Below the pieces are notes generated by a model that was given only the letters and a program-made list of their open reading frames with translations, did not search any database and was not told the origin of the DNA. The translations under genes and the position numbers were made by a program. From assembly GCA_902386025.1 (NCBI GenBank), contig CABMHR010000001.1, forward strand, positions 99,741 to 163,740: a DNA stretch of 64,000 nt, given 5' to 3'. This document shows positions 36,862-45,873 of the stretch, one piece after another. The first letter of the stretch is position 1. Every line of letters begins with the position of its first letter. Source of the DNA: an uncultured archaeon (GTDB taxonomy: Archaea > Nanobdellota > Nanobdellia > Pacearchaeales > GW2011-AR1).

Positions 36862-39633
36862 TTAACTTACCCCACTTATTTCTTCAGGATAATCTGTACT
36901 CAAATAGGTGGAATTCAGTTTTATATCTGAAGGGTAGCTTACATTCCATATTTTAATAGGGCCCTGCAATCCGCCTGCTGGTGCATAGTATACAAATTCC
37001 CCCAAATTCAATCCCTGTTTCTTTAAATCGTCAATAATAAGGCTGTCTTCCGAATGAACCAGCTTGAAATAATTAGAATTTTCATTGAACAAATATAATC
37101 TTGTCAATTCGGAATTAATCACTCTTTTACTTAAATAAAATCCTGCTCCTGTTTTAGAGATGCTTATAGTTCCGTCTGTTTGCGATTTAATTAATGGAAA
37201 GAGAAATATTCCAGCATCCATTCCATTTTTAAAATCATATAATTGCCCCCCCATATATACATATCTAATCTCTGTTTCATATCTTTGTCCATTGTATCCA
37301 AATACTATTGTTGGTTGATTTGGTTTTCCTTCTTTAGTGAAGCTTATAATTGCCCCTGCAACACCTGTCTTTTGAGAAGGTAGTAAGGTTTCTTGTCCAT
37401 CTTTTGTGATTAAAAAATCCTCATCAAGAGCAGCCCCTATAGGGTAAACATAGGTTGTTTGATTATTTGTTTCATAAGTTTGTGCTTCATCTAAGAATAT
37501 AGTCGGAATCCAAGAATATCTGTCATAATTTGCATCAGAGCCAATGCTTGAAAAAGCTCCATATTTTCCAATGTCGGTTGAATCAATCAGAAGATTAGTT
37601 GCATTATGTGCATAAAGGAAATCCAAGGCTTCTCTTTCATCTGTTCCTGTCAGAACATTTCTTCCCATAAAATAATCCCAATATCCAATAGCATTCCCCC
37701 CGTCTAATATTGTTGCCCTCTCACCAAGCGATTGAACCCAGTATCCGTAATCCCACCAATGTGCAAATACAGCAGTTAATGAAGTATTGTCTCTAACCCA
37801 ATCCATTGCTTTCTGCCATTGTTGGGTATAACTTGTTGGAGCATAATTTTCTGCAAGGTTTTTATCACTGACATAATAAGTCCAAAGGGTAAATATTGAA
37901 GCTATTAAAACAACAAGAACAAAAATTCCCAAAAATAATTTCTTTGTATCTTCTTTTTCCCGAAGATATCTATGGCTGCTTTTTATGATTAAAAATGCAA
38001 CTGCAATAGGACTTACAGCTCCAAGCACCATTATTAATCTTACTGCTCCTCTCGCACTTATAATTCCCAATGTAAATATTATAAAATAAAGAATATAAGA
38101 GAAATCAAAGTTCTTGAATACTGAAAATTCTCCTGCTTTGTGTCTTTTATAAACAACATATGCAAAACCTGCTAGGAATAATAATGTTGCTCCGAAATAA
38201 AGCAAAATGCTGATAAAACTCTGCCCGTTGAACATGCTGCTTGAAGAATATTTGCTGAATATCATTCCGAAAAGAAGAATGACATATCCTGAAGTCAAGA
38301 TTATTTTTTCTTTTTTATTCAGCTCTTTTATTATAAAAGAGAAAATCAATACTGAACCAATAAACATAAGCCAAAAATACAGAGGGATATTTGCAACTGT
38401 TGGGCCAAACTCTCCAACCCATTCGCTTGTGAAATATGGCTGTTTATTCTCTGCAACAGTTACACTAAACCTCCCTTGGTTAATAGGATTTACAGTGTTT
38501 GATATAATATCTTCTCCAACATGAACAATAGAAGAACCTCCTGAAGTGATTAATGAGAAAATTATTCCTATGACTATTGTTATTATAAGGGCAATAATTG
38601 GTTCTGGTAATTTAATAAACTTCTTTGCTTTGGTTTCCAGATTAAATATTTTTTTCTTGAAAATTAAAAAGTCAATCAAAAGAATAAAAAATACAATTAA
38701 TACGAGCTCTGTTGTGCTTGAATTAAGAATATTGCTCAAGCTGAATCTGTCTGAAAAAGGCATTGCGCTTATCAAAAACCCAGCAATCCAGATGCAGTAA
38801 ATATAAAACTTTTTTTCATCTATTTTCCCAAGAATGAATGAAAATAAAACTGCTCCTGCAATTCCCACAAGAACAAAATCAATAAATCCAGAGATTAAAC
38901 CCAGCATTGCTGTAGAAATTCCAGCTAAAACGCTGAAGATTACTGCATTCTTTATCTTTTCTGATTTGAATGCTTTGATAAAAAAGTAAAGTCCTATAAA
39001 TATAAAGAAGAAAGCAGCTGATTCTTTTTCAGGTATTCCTGCGATTGTTCTTGTTAATAAAGAAGGTATGAGGACAAAGAAAGCAGTTGCAATTAAAGCG
39101 ATTATATTTGCTGTCTTCCCGTCTTTTTTATAAAATATTTCTCTAGCAAAAAGGAAAAATGCAATTCCCGTTAAAACAGCCATAACTACTGGAAATATTA
39201 TTGCAGCATAAGTTACTGTTACATTCTTGTCAAATATTCCCAAGAACTTGCTGAACCATGCAATCAAATAAGGGAGAAGAATAGTTTCTCCTGAAGGAGA
39301 AGCAGGAGCACAGGAACTTCCAGAACATATATTCGCAAGAGGGACATATCTCATAACATCCAATACAAACAATTTTCCGTGTTCTGCTATATATTGAGCC
39401 CACCTAAGAAATAAAAAGGGGTCTAAATCAGGCCCTAATGTCCAAGTTCCTGTAGTTACATCTTTTAATTTTGGAATATTTCTTGTTCTGATAAAAACAC
39501 TTATTGATATTATAACAGCAAGAATTGCATAAACAATTAAATTAATCTTTTTTTTGAGAAAACTAATAGCCTTCTGCTTTCTGGCTTCAATCTCTTTTTC
39601 AGACACAAACTCTTTTGTTTCTCCTTCTACCAT
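36862..39633 (-). CDS. aglB: Archaeal oligosaccharyltransferase (STT3 homologue)
   Basis: 923 aa. Polytopic N-terminal domain, the catalytic WWDYG motif (AHWWDYGYWVQ), and a DK-type motif candidate (DSTDIGKYGA). Confidence 0.9.
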   Translation of the reverse strand: MVEGETKEFVSEKEIEARKQKAISFLKKKINLIVYAILAVIISISVFIRTRNIPKLKDVTTGTWTLGPDLDPFLFLRWAQYIAEHGKLFVLDVMRYVPLANICSGSSCAPASPSGETILLPYLIAWFSKFLGIFDKNVTVTYAAIIFPVVMAVLTGIAFFLFAREIFYKKDGKTANIIALIATAFFVLIPSLLTRTIAGIPEKESAAFFFIFIGLYFFIKAFKSEKIKNAVIFSVLAGISTAMLGLISGFIDFVLVGIAGAVLFSFILGKIDEKKFYIYCIWIAGFLISAMPFSDRFSLSNILNSSTTELVLIVFFILLIDFLIFKKKIFNLETKAKKFIKLPEPIIALIITIVIGIIFSLITSGGSSIVHVGEDIISNTVNPINQGRFSVTVAENKQPYFTSEWVGEFGPTVANIPLYFWLMFIGSVLIFSFIIKELNKKEKIILTSGYVILLFGMIFSKYSSSSMFNGQSFISILLYFGATLLFLAGFAYVVYKRHKAGEFSVFKNFDFSYILYFIIFTLGIISARGAVRLIMVLGAVSPIAVAFLIIKSSHRYLREKEDTKKLFLGIFVLVVLIASIFTLWTYYVSDKNLAENYAPTSYTQQWQKAMDWVRDNTSLTAVFAHWWDYGYWVQSLGERATILDGGNAIGYWDYFMGRNVLTGTDEREALDFLYAHNATNLLIDSTDIGKYGAFSSIGSDANYDRYSWIPTIFLDEAQTYETNNQTTYVYPIGAALDEDFLITKDGQETLLPSQKTGVAGAIISFTKEGKPNQPTIVFGYNGQRYETEIRYVYMGGQLYDFKNGMDAGIFLFPLIKSQTDGTISISKTGAGFYLSKRVINSELTRLYLFNENSNYFKLVHSEDSLIIDDLKKQGLNLGEFVYYAPAGGLQGPIKIWNVSYPSDIKLNSTYLSTDYPEEISGVS

Positions 39634-39687
39634 CTTTTAAAGGAACTGGAAATCATATTTAAACATTTCTTTACAGGGGATTGTGCT

Positions 39688-40548
39688 TTATTGGAACAGC
39701 AAGGGAGTGAAGAAAACCTCAATAAACGCAGCAACAAGCAGAATGAAAATTGCAATTGCTATAAGGATTAATACATTTTTCATAATTCTTGGGAATTTTT
39801 TGTTTCCTATCCCATTTTTGATTACTCCAACTCCGAGCATTCCTCCTGCAAGAGCAGTTATGAAATAAGCCGCAATTTCAGGAAAGCCGTGAATCATATA
39901 ACGCAGTATTCCGAAAGGAATCTCGCTTAATTTATACTGCGTAAAAATTCCTATTGCTGCAGAAATAACGCTCGCATTCCAAGCAAGAATGAAAATAGCA
40001 CCTGCTCCGAAAATCAAGGAAAATATTAAAGTGAATATAAGAACTCCAAAATTATTTCCCAATATAGAAAGGAATCTTGAGCTGTTGCTTAATGCACTTG
40101 TTGAAATTACTTTGCTTGTGAAGGAATATTCAGAGATGCATTTGTCTATATCTCCGGGGTTGTTGATATTGCAGTATGTTTCTATCTGCGCATTCAGCAG
40201 ATTTGAATCCTGAAGAACTATATACCATATTGAAAATGCAAGAATAAATCCAAGGAAAAGCCACAAGAAAGCATAAATAGCGTCGCTGTGCATTCTCCAA
40301 ACTTCAAAGAATCCGTCTACTTCTTCATCTTCTTCCTCTTCATTTTTGATTATAAAATACATAAATGGGATTGAAAACATTACGCAGAAAAGAACAACAA
40401 TTAATCCAGAAGATTTTGATAATACAGAATCTCCTCTAAACATAAAATGAACAAGGAGCAGGGAAAGCGAGGCATATAGAAGCCCAATAAAAAACATTTT
40501 CCACGGCCCTTTCTCAACTCTTTTTGGATTAATCAAAGATTCTAGCAT
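39688..40548 (-). CDS. SpoIIM-like (DUF95) integral membrane protein
   Basis: YMIHGFPEIAAYFITALAG plus 5-6 TM segments resemble the stage II sporulation protein M family. Confidence 0.5.
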   Translation of the reverse strand: MLESLINPKRVEKGPWKMFFIGLLYASLSLLLVHFMFRGDSVLSKSSGLIVVLFCVMFSIPFMYFIIKNEEEEDEEVDGFFEVWRMHSDAIYAFLWLFLGFILAFSIWYIVLQDSNLLNAQIETYCNINNPGDIDKCISEYSFTSKVISTSALSNSSRFLSILGNNFGVLIFTLIFSLIFGAGAIFILAWNASVISAAIGIFTQYKLSEIPFGILRYMIHGFPEIAAYFITALAGGMLGVGVIKNGIGNKKFPRIMKNVLILIAIAIFILLVAAFIEVFFTPLLFQ

Positions 40549-40568
40549 CTATATATGTGGAAAAGAGA

Positions 40569-40578
40569 TTTTTTAAAC
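40569..40578 (+). promoter_or_regulatory. TATA-box-like element (TTTTTTAAAC) about 25 nt upstream of the ATG at 40599
   Basis: The identical 10-mer also sits about 25 nt upstream of the ATG at 60636. Supports 40599 rather than GTG 40557 as the start. Confidence 0.4.
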
Positions 40579-40598
40579 TTTCATATGCTGTTTATTAT

Positions 40599-41414
40599 AT
40601 GGATGCCAAAAAGAGGTTTGACGAAATTGCAGAAGAAATTAAGAAAGTTAAAATTCAAGGAGCAGGAAATATTGCAAAATCCGCCTTATATGCTTATTCA
40701 TTAATTCCAACAAAAGAATCAATCAAAAAACTTCTTTCTCTGCGTCCAACAGAGCCTATGCTTGAAAAAGTTCTCTCTCTTGTTGGTAAAAAATCATATA
40801 TGGAAATCTTAAGTCATTTTGATTCTGCACAAAACGGAATAAACAGATATGTTATTAAGCTGATAAAAAATAAAGACAGGATTTTCACACACTGTCATTC
40901 AACAAATGTTGTAAATGCTCTGGTATTTGCAAAAAAATCTTGGGCGAAATTTGAAGTATATAATACTGAAACTCGTCCGCTGTTTCAAGGAAGAAGAACT
41001 GCAGATGAATTAAGAAAAGCAGGGATAAAAGTCACAATGTTTGTTGATTCTGCGTCGGCAATTGCAATGGAAAAAGAGAACAGGAAAGACAAGGTTTATG
41101 TAAATAAGGTTTTTCTAGGTGCAGATGCTTTGCTTCACAACGGAATAATAAACAAAATCGGAAGCGGACTTATTTCAGAGCTTGCCTATTCTCATAAAAT
41201 TCCTGTTTATATAATTGCAGATTCTTGGAAATATTCAAGAAAAAAAGTGCCTATAGAAAACAGAAGCCTGAATGAAATCTGGAATCGTGCTCCAAAAGAC
41301 ATCAGAATAAAGAATCCTGCTTTTGAATTTGTTCCAAAGAAATATATAACCGGAATTGTGACAGAGCTCGGAATTATGAAATATGACAAGTTTGTGAAGA
41401 AAATGAGAAATTAA
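40599..41414 (+). CDS. eIF-2B alpha/beta/delta-family protein, ribose-1,5-bisphosphate isomerase-like
   Basis: IQGAGNIAKSAL, THCHSTNVVNAL, LGADALLHNGIINKIGS. The track start GTG 40557 would leave only 8 nt to the divergent gene, so the in-frame ATG at 40599 is preferred. Confidence 0.7.
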   Translation: MDAKKRFDEIAEEIKKVKIQGAGNIAKSALYAYSLIPTKESIKKLLSLRPTEPMLEKVLSLVGKKSYMEILSHFDSAQNGINRYVIKLIKNKDRIFTHCHSTNVVNALVFAKKSWAKFEVYNTETRPLFQGRRTADELRKAGIKVTMFVDSASAIAMEKENRKDKVYVNKVFLGADALLHNGIINKIGSGLISELAYSHKIPVYIIADSWKYSRKKVPIENRSLNEIWNRAPKDIRIKNPAFEFVPKKYITGIVTELGIMKYDKFVKKMRN

Positions 41415-41803
41415 TTCTCTGCTTCATCCATAATTTTATTCAATTCTTTTCCGAGCTCTTCAAGATTATTTTCTAATTCTTTTTTTATTCCTTCCAATTT
41501 TTTTATCTGCTCTTCAATCAGTTTTTTAGTGTCTGGGATGTTTTTCTTCACAAAATTTCCGTTTCCTATGTCAACATTAAGCTCTTCAGAAATCAGCTTA
41601 GCCTTGACAAAAATCCCTTTTCCAAAAGGTGCAAAAATCTCCTTGTCTTTTCCTCCAACAAGCTCATCTAATCCAAAATTAAGGCTATTAAGTTCAATTA
41701 TTCCTTTTTCAACCGCTTCTATCTGCTGCTGAATTTCCCTTATCTGCCTTTCAAACATGCTGAACTTAAAATAAAGTTCCTGCTGTTCTTGTTCATTTTT
41801 CAT
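41411..41803 (-). CDS. pfdA: Prefoldin alpha subunit
   Basis: Coiled-coil N and C termini flank beta-hairpin segments (EIFAPFGKGIFVKAKL ... NVDIGNGNFVKK); size fits. Confidence 0.7.
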   Translation of the reverse strand: MKNEQEQQELYFKFSMFERQIREIQQQIEAVEKGIIELNSLNFGLDELVGGKDKEIFAPFGKGIFVKAKLISEELNVDIGNGNFVKKNIPDTKKLIEEQIKKLEGIKKELENNLEELGKELNKIMDEAEN

Positions 41804-41899
41804 TAGAATTAGATTTAAATTCAGCTTTTAAAAGTTGTTATTGCTTTGGCACAAATTCAAGGGGAAAATCAAGCGAAGAAAACCGATTAGGTTGTCGCG

Positions 41900-42460
41900 C
41901 TAAACAACTTTTAGATATTTCTTTAGTATGCTGCTGAATATTATTGTGGCTATAAGGTAAAACCAGAACCAATTCATAAAACCCAAAAACTTAAATCCAT
42001 CTAATAACGGATTTGTAAAATAATCATTAAACCATCTGAAAAAAAGAATAAAGGGGATTCCTGTAAACAAAACTGCCCTGCTTGTAAGCTTGAAAGTTCT
42101 TGGAATAAATTCAAATTGTTTTTTTGAAAGTTCTGCCACTTTTTCAGGATTTTCCTTGAATTTTTTCATCTCTTCCTGAAGGAGTTTTTGCTCCTGCCTA
42201 AGTTCTTTCAATGCCTTTTGGTCTGTTGCATATTTTTGGATTAGAGTTGTTATTAACGCAATAATAAGAAGGATTATCAGCATTCCTATTGTTAAATTCC
42301 AATTAAGCAATGCACCTGCAGTTGGGTCCAGTGCAGCGTGAACAGAATCTTTTATCCAAGAAACTTTGTTCCAGTAAAACGCTACAGCTAAAGAAGCAAA
42401 CATTACAATAATAATAGGAAGAAAACTTCCCTTCTTTGATTTCTCTAAACTTTCCATCAA
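41900..42460 (-). CDS. DUF106 / EMC3-TMCO1-like membrane protein (archaeal YidC-like insertase candidate)
   Basis: Three TM segments with a charged coiled-coil loop (LRQEQKLLQEEMKKFKENPEK). Lies immediately downstream of secY, as in many archaea. Confidence 0.6.
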   Translation of the reverse strand: MMESLEKSKKGSFLPIIIVMFASLAVAFYWNKVSWIKDSVHAALDPTAGALLNWNLTIGMLIILLIIALITTLIQKYATDQKALKELRQEQKLLQEEMKKFKENPEKVAELSKKQFEFIPRTFKLTSRAVLFTGIPFILFFRWFNDYFTNPLLDGFKFLGFMNWFWFYLIATIIFSSILKKYLKVV

Positions 42461-42487
42461 TCTTATAGCTGAATTTTGTTTTTAAAC

Positions 42488-43930
42488 TTAAGTTTTCATG
42501 AATTTTCTGAAAGCAGGATTCATATCTTCCTGATGCTGCTGCACAATACTTTGATAGAACTGGAAGAATATCATAATTACCAAGAGAATCGCTGTTCCTG
42601 AAATTAATGCTCCCATTAAATTTGTTACCGAAGCTAAAAGTCCAATTGCGATTCCGCCCATTACTGTCAAGGGAGCAATGTATCTTTCAAGTATGCTTTC
42701 TAAAACCCTTTCATCCTGCCTGAATCCTGCAACCTGCAGTCCAGAAGAAATAATTTTATGAGCCTGTGCTTTTGCATCCATTCCAGATGTCTTAACCCAA
42801 AATACTGCAAAGAGAGTTGACAATACTACATAAAACAATGTATGGGTTAATCCCTGCAGCAAATATTTCGGAAGAAATCCTCCTCTGATTATCAAGTCAA
42901 GAAGATTATTTGAACCCATCCAGAATGACAGCCCTGAAACTGCTTGTCCGTTGCTGAAATGCCCTAAAAATCCAAGATGCGACGCGAATTTTGCAAGCCC
43001 AAAACATGCTGAACTTCCTGCAGTCAGGCACGGAGCAGCAGCATTTTCAATAATTCCCCCGAACACTTGGAAACTGACAATTAACGCAGCAGTTAAAATT
43101 ACAGGAATATTTGAAGAATAAAAAAATGCAAGAGGCCACTTTACTGCATACCCTCTTAACTTCCCATAAGACAATGGAACTTCAACTTTCAGCGACTGAG
43201 CCCAGACAATTATCAGGAAGATAATTATTGTAACAATAATTGCAGCAAGTGCAGAAATTAATTCTGTAGGATATTTGTTGATTATTGATTGTATCAAAAC
43301 AAAGACTTTTCCGGGACATGCTGTTTTTCCGAAGTCAAGAAGACAATTTGTTCCCTGCTGTGTTACAAACTGAAACATGCTTGTAATCAGCTGCCATGAA
43401 ACACCTGCTCCGATAAACAAGCTTATACCAGAGCCAAAACCCCATTTGCTGACTAAATCATCCATATAAAAAATCGCAAGCCCTCCGATTACCATCTGCA
43501 AAATTAACAGCCATTCTAATCCTGGAGTTGCCTGAAGCCCTTTCATTAAAACATAAATCAACGCTTCAAATATAATGAAAAAGAATGTAAGGATTCTCTG
43601 AATTCCCTGAAAGAATTTCTTTCCTTCTGATGTAGCTGTATCTATTTTTAATATTCCGCTTCCTGTCAGCAGCTGAAGTATAACAGAAGCCATTACTATA
43701 GGCCCAATACCCAAAGAGATAATGCTGCCAAAATCTGTTCCTAAAATTATTGCGAGATATTTGAATCTTTCAAGAGCATTATTTGAAAGCCCGAATAGCG
43801 GGATATTTGCAAGGACAAAGAATGAGACAAGAACTATCAGTGTCCATTTTAATTTTACATTAAAGCTCAGCTTTTTTTCTTCCGGATGTTTAACTTCTGG
43901 AATAAACTGAAATATCTTCCTGAAATCCAT
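42488..43930 (-). CDS. secY: Preprotein translocase subunit SecY
   Basis: 10-TM layout, GIGPIVMASVILQLL, position after rpl15. Confidence 0.95.
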   Translation of the reverse strand: MDFRKIFQFIPEVKHPEEKKLSFNVKLKWTLIVLVSFFVLANIPLFGLSNNALERFKYLAIILGTDFGSIISLGIGPIVMASVILQLLTGSGILKIDTATSEGKKFFQGIQRILTFFFIIFEALIYVLMKGLQATPGLEWLLILQMVIGGLAIFYMDDLVSKWGFGSGISLFIGAGVSWQLITSMFQFVTQQGTNCLLDFGKTACPGKVFVLIQSIINKYPTELISALAAIIVTIIIFLIIVWAQSLKVEVPLSYGKLRGYAVKWPLAFFYSSNIPVILTAALIVSFQVFGGIIENAAAPCLTAGSSACFGLAKFASHLGFLGHFSNGQAVSGLSFWMGSNNLLDLIIRGGFLPKYLLQGLTHTLFYVVLSTLFAVFWVKTSGMDAKAQAHKIISSGLQVAGFRQDERVLESILERYIAPLTVMGGIAIGLLASVTNLMGALISGTAILLVIMIFFQFYQSIVQQHQEDMNPAFRKFMKT

Positions 43931-43978
43931 CAGTTAGTTAGCAAAAAATAGTTTAAAAAGATTGGGATTATTCAATAA

Positions 43979-44431
43979 TTATTCTTCTTTTGGAAGAGAA
44001 ATTTCCCCGCCTGCACTCTTCACACTTTCAATTGCAGATTTTGATGCTTCTTTTGCTTTAATGAAAAGTTTGTTCTTCACTTTTTCATTTCCGAGTATTT
44101 TGTAATCTTCAAGATTAATTTCCCATTTGTCTCCTGATTTTTTCCCGAATGTTTCAAGATTTCTTTCTATTGTCATAAGGCTTATTCTTTTTCTTTTGTC
44201 TCTTTCTGTTCCTCGGCTTGTTACTCCCTGCTTTCCAAAATAATCATTTCCGTATAATTTGATTACAAGAGTTTTTTTCTGGTCTGCTCTTTTTCCTGTT
44301 CCTGACATTCCAACTCCTCCTCTGTGCCCTGCTTTCTTATGCTTCTTTCTTGCTCCCCAGCCGCAGCTTCCTGCCCCTCTTCCGAGCATTCTTCCTGACT
44401 TTTTACGTTTGTGTGTTTTTTTGAGTGTCAT
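43979..44431 (-). CDS. rpl15: 50S ribosomal protein uL15
   Basis: GRGAGSCGWGARKKHKKAGHRGGVGMSGTGKR; operon position. Confidence 0.9.
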   Translation of the reverse strand: MTLKKTHKRKKSGRMLGRGAGSCGWGARKKHKKAGHRGGVGMSGTGKRADQKKTLVIKLYGNDYFGKQGVTSRGTERDKRKRISLMTIERNLETFGKKSGDKWEINLEDYKILGNEKVKNKLFIKAKEASKSAIESVKSAGGEISLPKEE

Positions 44432-44432
44432 T

Positions 44433-44681
44433 TTACATTCCTGCTTCTAAAAGCATTTCATTTAACATTTTATAATAGTCGTCTCTGGGGGAATATCTTC
44501 CTCTTTCTACTTCACTAACTTCTCCGCCGCAATAGACATATTCTTTATCAACTATTTCCCAGTTGTCTCTACAAATTGTTTTTGTATGGCTTCCCCATTC
44601 TGAAGTAATTAGTTCTCTTCCTGCTTCTTTTGCTTCCTTTGTTTTAATATCAATTATTCTTTTTATAAGAATGTTTGTCAT
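44433..44681 (-). CDS. Orphan small ORF F (82 aa) inserted between rpl30 and rpl15
   Basis: MTNILIKRIIDIKTKEAKEAGRELITSEWG...; its ATG shares a base with the rpl30 stop (TAATG) and its stop lies 1 nt before the rpl15 ATG. No family recognised. Confidence 0.6.
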   Translation of the reverse strand: MTNILIKRIIDIKTKEAKEAGRELITSEWGSHTKTICRDNWEIVDKEYVYCGGEVSEVERGRYSPRDDYYKMLNEMLLEAGM

Positions 44682-45037
44682 TATAGCATCCTCTCAACTA
44701 ACTTATTTATTTCTTTTCCGTGATTGCCCAAAACTCCTTTCTTAACTCCGAAATGCAGTTTGCTGTCAATCCCTTTTCTTGGGGGATGAAGCCTGAAAAC
44801 TTTTGTCTTTTCCTTGAATTTCTTTCCTCTTGCTTCAATTAATTTTTTATAAGTTTCAGCATCTAATTCTCCGAATGCAACGAAATCTTTTATCTCTTTT
44901 ATCATCCCCATTTCAACAGGAGTTGGCTTATCAAGAACAATGCAGGAATATTTTCTTGTAAGTCCGAGCCTTCTGAATGTTTCTCTGACTTCTTCTCTGA
45001 TTTTTACATCTCCTGAAATTCTTATTATAACTATCAT
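44681..45037 (-). CDS. rpl30: 50S ribosomal protein uL30
   Basis: IVIIRISGDVKIREEVRETFRRLGLTRKYSCIVL. Confidence 0.9.
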   Translation of the reverse strand: MIVIIRISGDVKIREEVRETFRRLGLTRKYSCIVLDKPTPVEMGMIKEIKDFVAFGELDAETYKKLIEARGKKFKEKTKVFRLHPPRKGIDSKLHFGVKKGVLGNHGKEINKLVERML

Positions 45038-45819
45038 TCTTCTTTCTCCTTGTTTGTTTTCTTTAAAGCATCAATTGTCGCTCTTATAAGATTGACAGTT
45101 GTTCCCTTTGTTCCGAATGTCTTGCTGTAAACATCTTTTATTCCTGCAAGTTTCAGAACTTTTTTCATCTCCCCCGCAACTACTAATCCTGTTCCTTGAG
45201 GTGCAGGTATTAATGTTACTCTTACACTTCCTGATTTTCCTGTTATCTTGAATGGAATGCTGTGTTCTTCATTGCAAGCGCAGTCAAAACTTGCGCACGC
45301 TCTTCTTATTTTTATAATTGCTAATTTTGCCTGCCTTATTGATTTGTCTCTTGCAGGAAGAGTTTCTTTTGCATGCCCCATTCCTATTCCAACATGCCCG
45401 TTTCCGTCTCCAACAACTGCAAGCGTTGAGAAAGTAGGAACATTTCCTTCTTTTGTTTTTCTCTGCGTCTGCTTCCACGCTCTTCTTTTTCCTCCCCCGA
45501 ATTTTCCTTTTGACTGCCCTATGAAAAGCAGGTCAGACTGAACATTTATTAGGGAATCAACAATCTGCTCTTCCAAGATTTTCCTTTTTCCTTCGAGAAT
45601 TTCATCTATGTTTTTTATTTTCTTTTCCTTTACTTCTTTTCCAAGTTTTGTTTTTGGAACCCAAGAGGCAAGTTTTGATGCTGCTTCTCTTTCTGCTTCC
45701 TTTTCTCTTTCTGTTCTCTTGTCAACAGCAACCAAATCTTTTCCGATTTCCTTTTCAAGAAGTTCCTGGCTGATTTCTTCAGCTGTTCTCTTGTCAACTT
45801 TTTTTGCTTTCTCTGTCAT
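45034..45819 (-). CDS. rps5: 30S ribosomal protein uS5 (with K/E-rich N-terminal extension)
   Basis: VVGDGNGHVGIGMGHAKE, TLIPAPQGTGLV. Confidence 0.9.
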   Translation of the reverse strand: MTEKAKKVDKRTAEEISQELLEKEIGKDLVAVDKRTEREKEAEREAASKLASWVPKTKLGKEVKEKKIKNIDEILEGKRKILEEQIVDSLINVQSDLLFIGQSKGKFGGGKRRAWKQTQRKTKEGNVPTFSTLAVVGDGNGHVGIGMGHAKETLPARDKSIRQAKLAIIKIRRACASFDCACNEEHSIPFKITGKSGSVRVTLIPAPQGTGLVVAGEMKKVLKLAGIKDVYSKTFGTKGTTVNLIRATIDALKKTNKEKEE

Positions 45820-45872
45820 TATGAAAATTCTCCTGAATTTTTATTTGTGCTGAAATTTCCTATTTCTGTCAT
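45817..45872 (-). promoter_or_regulatory. Hairpin + TAATG-coupled mini-ORF cassette, copy 2 (fills the rpl18-rps5 gap)
   Basis: Mini-ORF MTEIGNFSTNKNSGEFS (45872..45819). Its ATG lies 1 nt after the rpl18 stop and its TAA overlaps the rps5 ATG. Hairpin at 45824-45841. 45817-45854 is identical to 29067-29104. Confidence 0.5.
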
Positions 45873-45873
45873 T

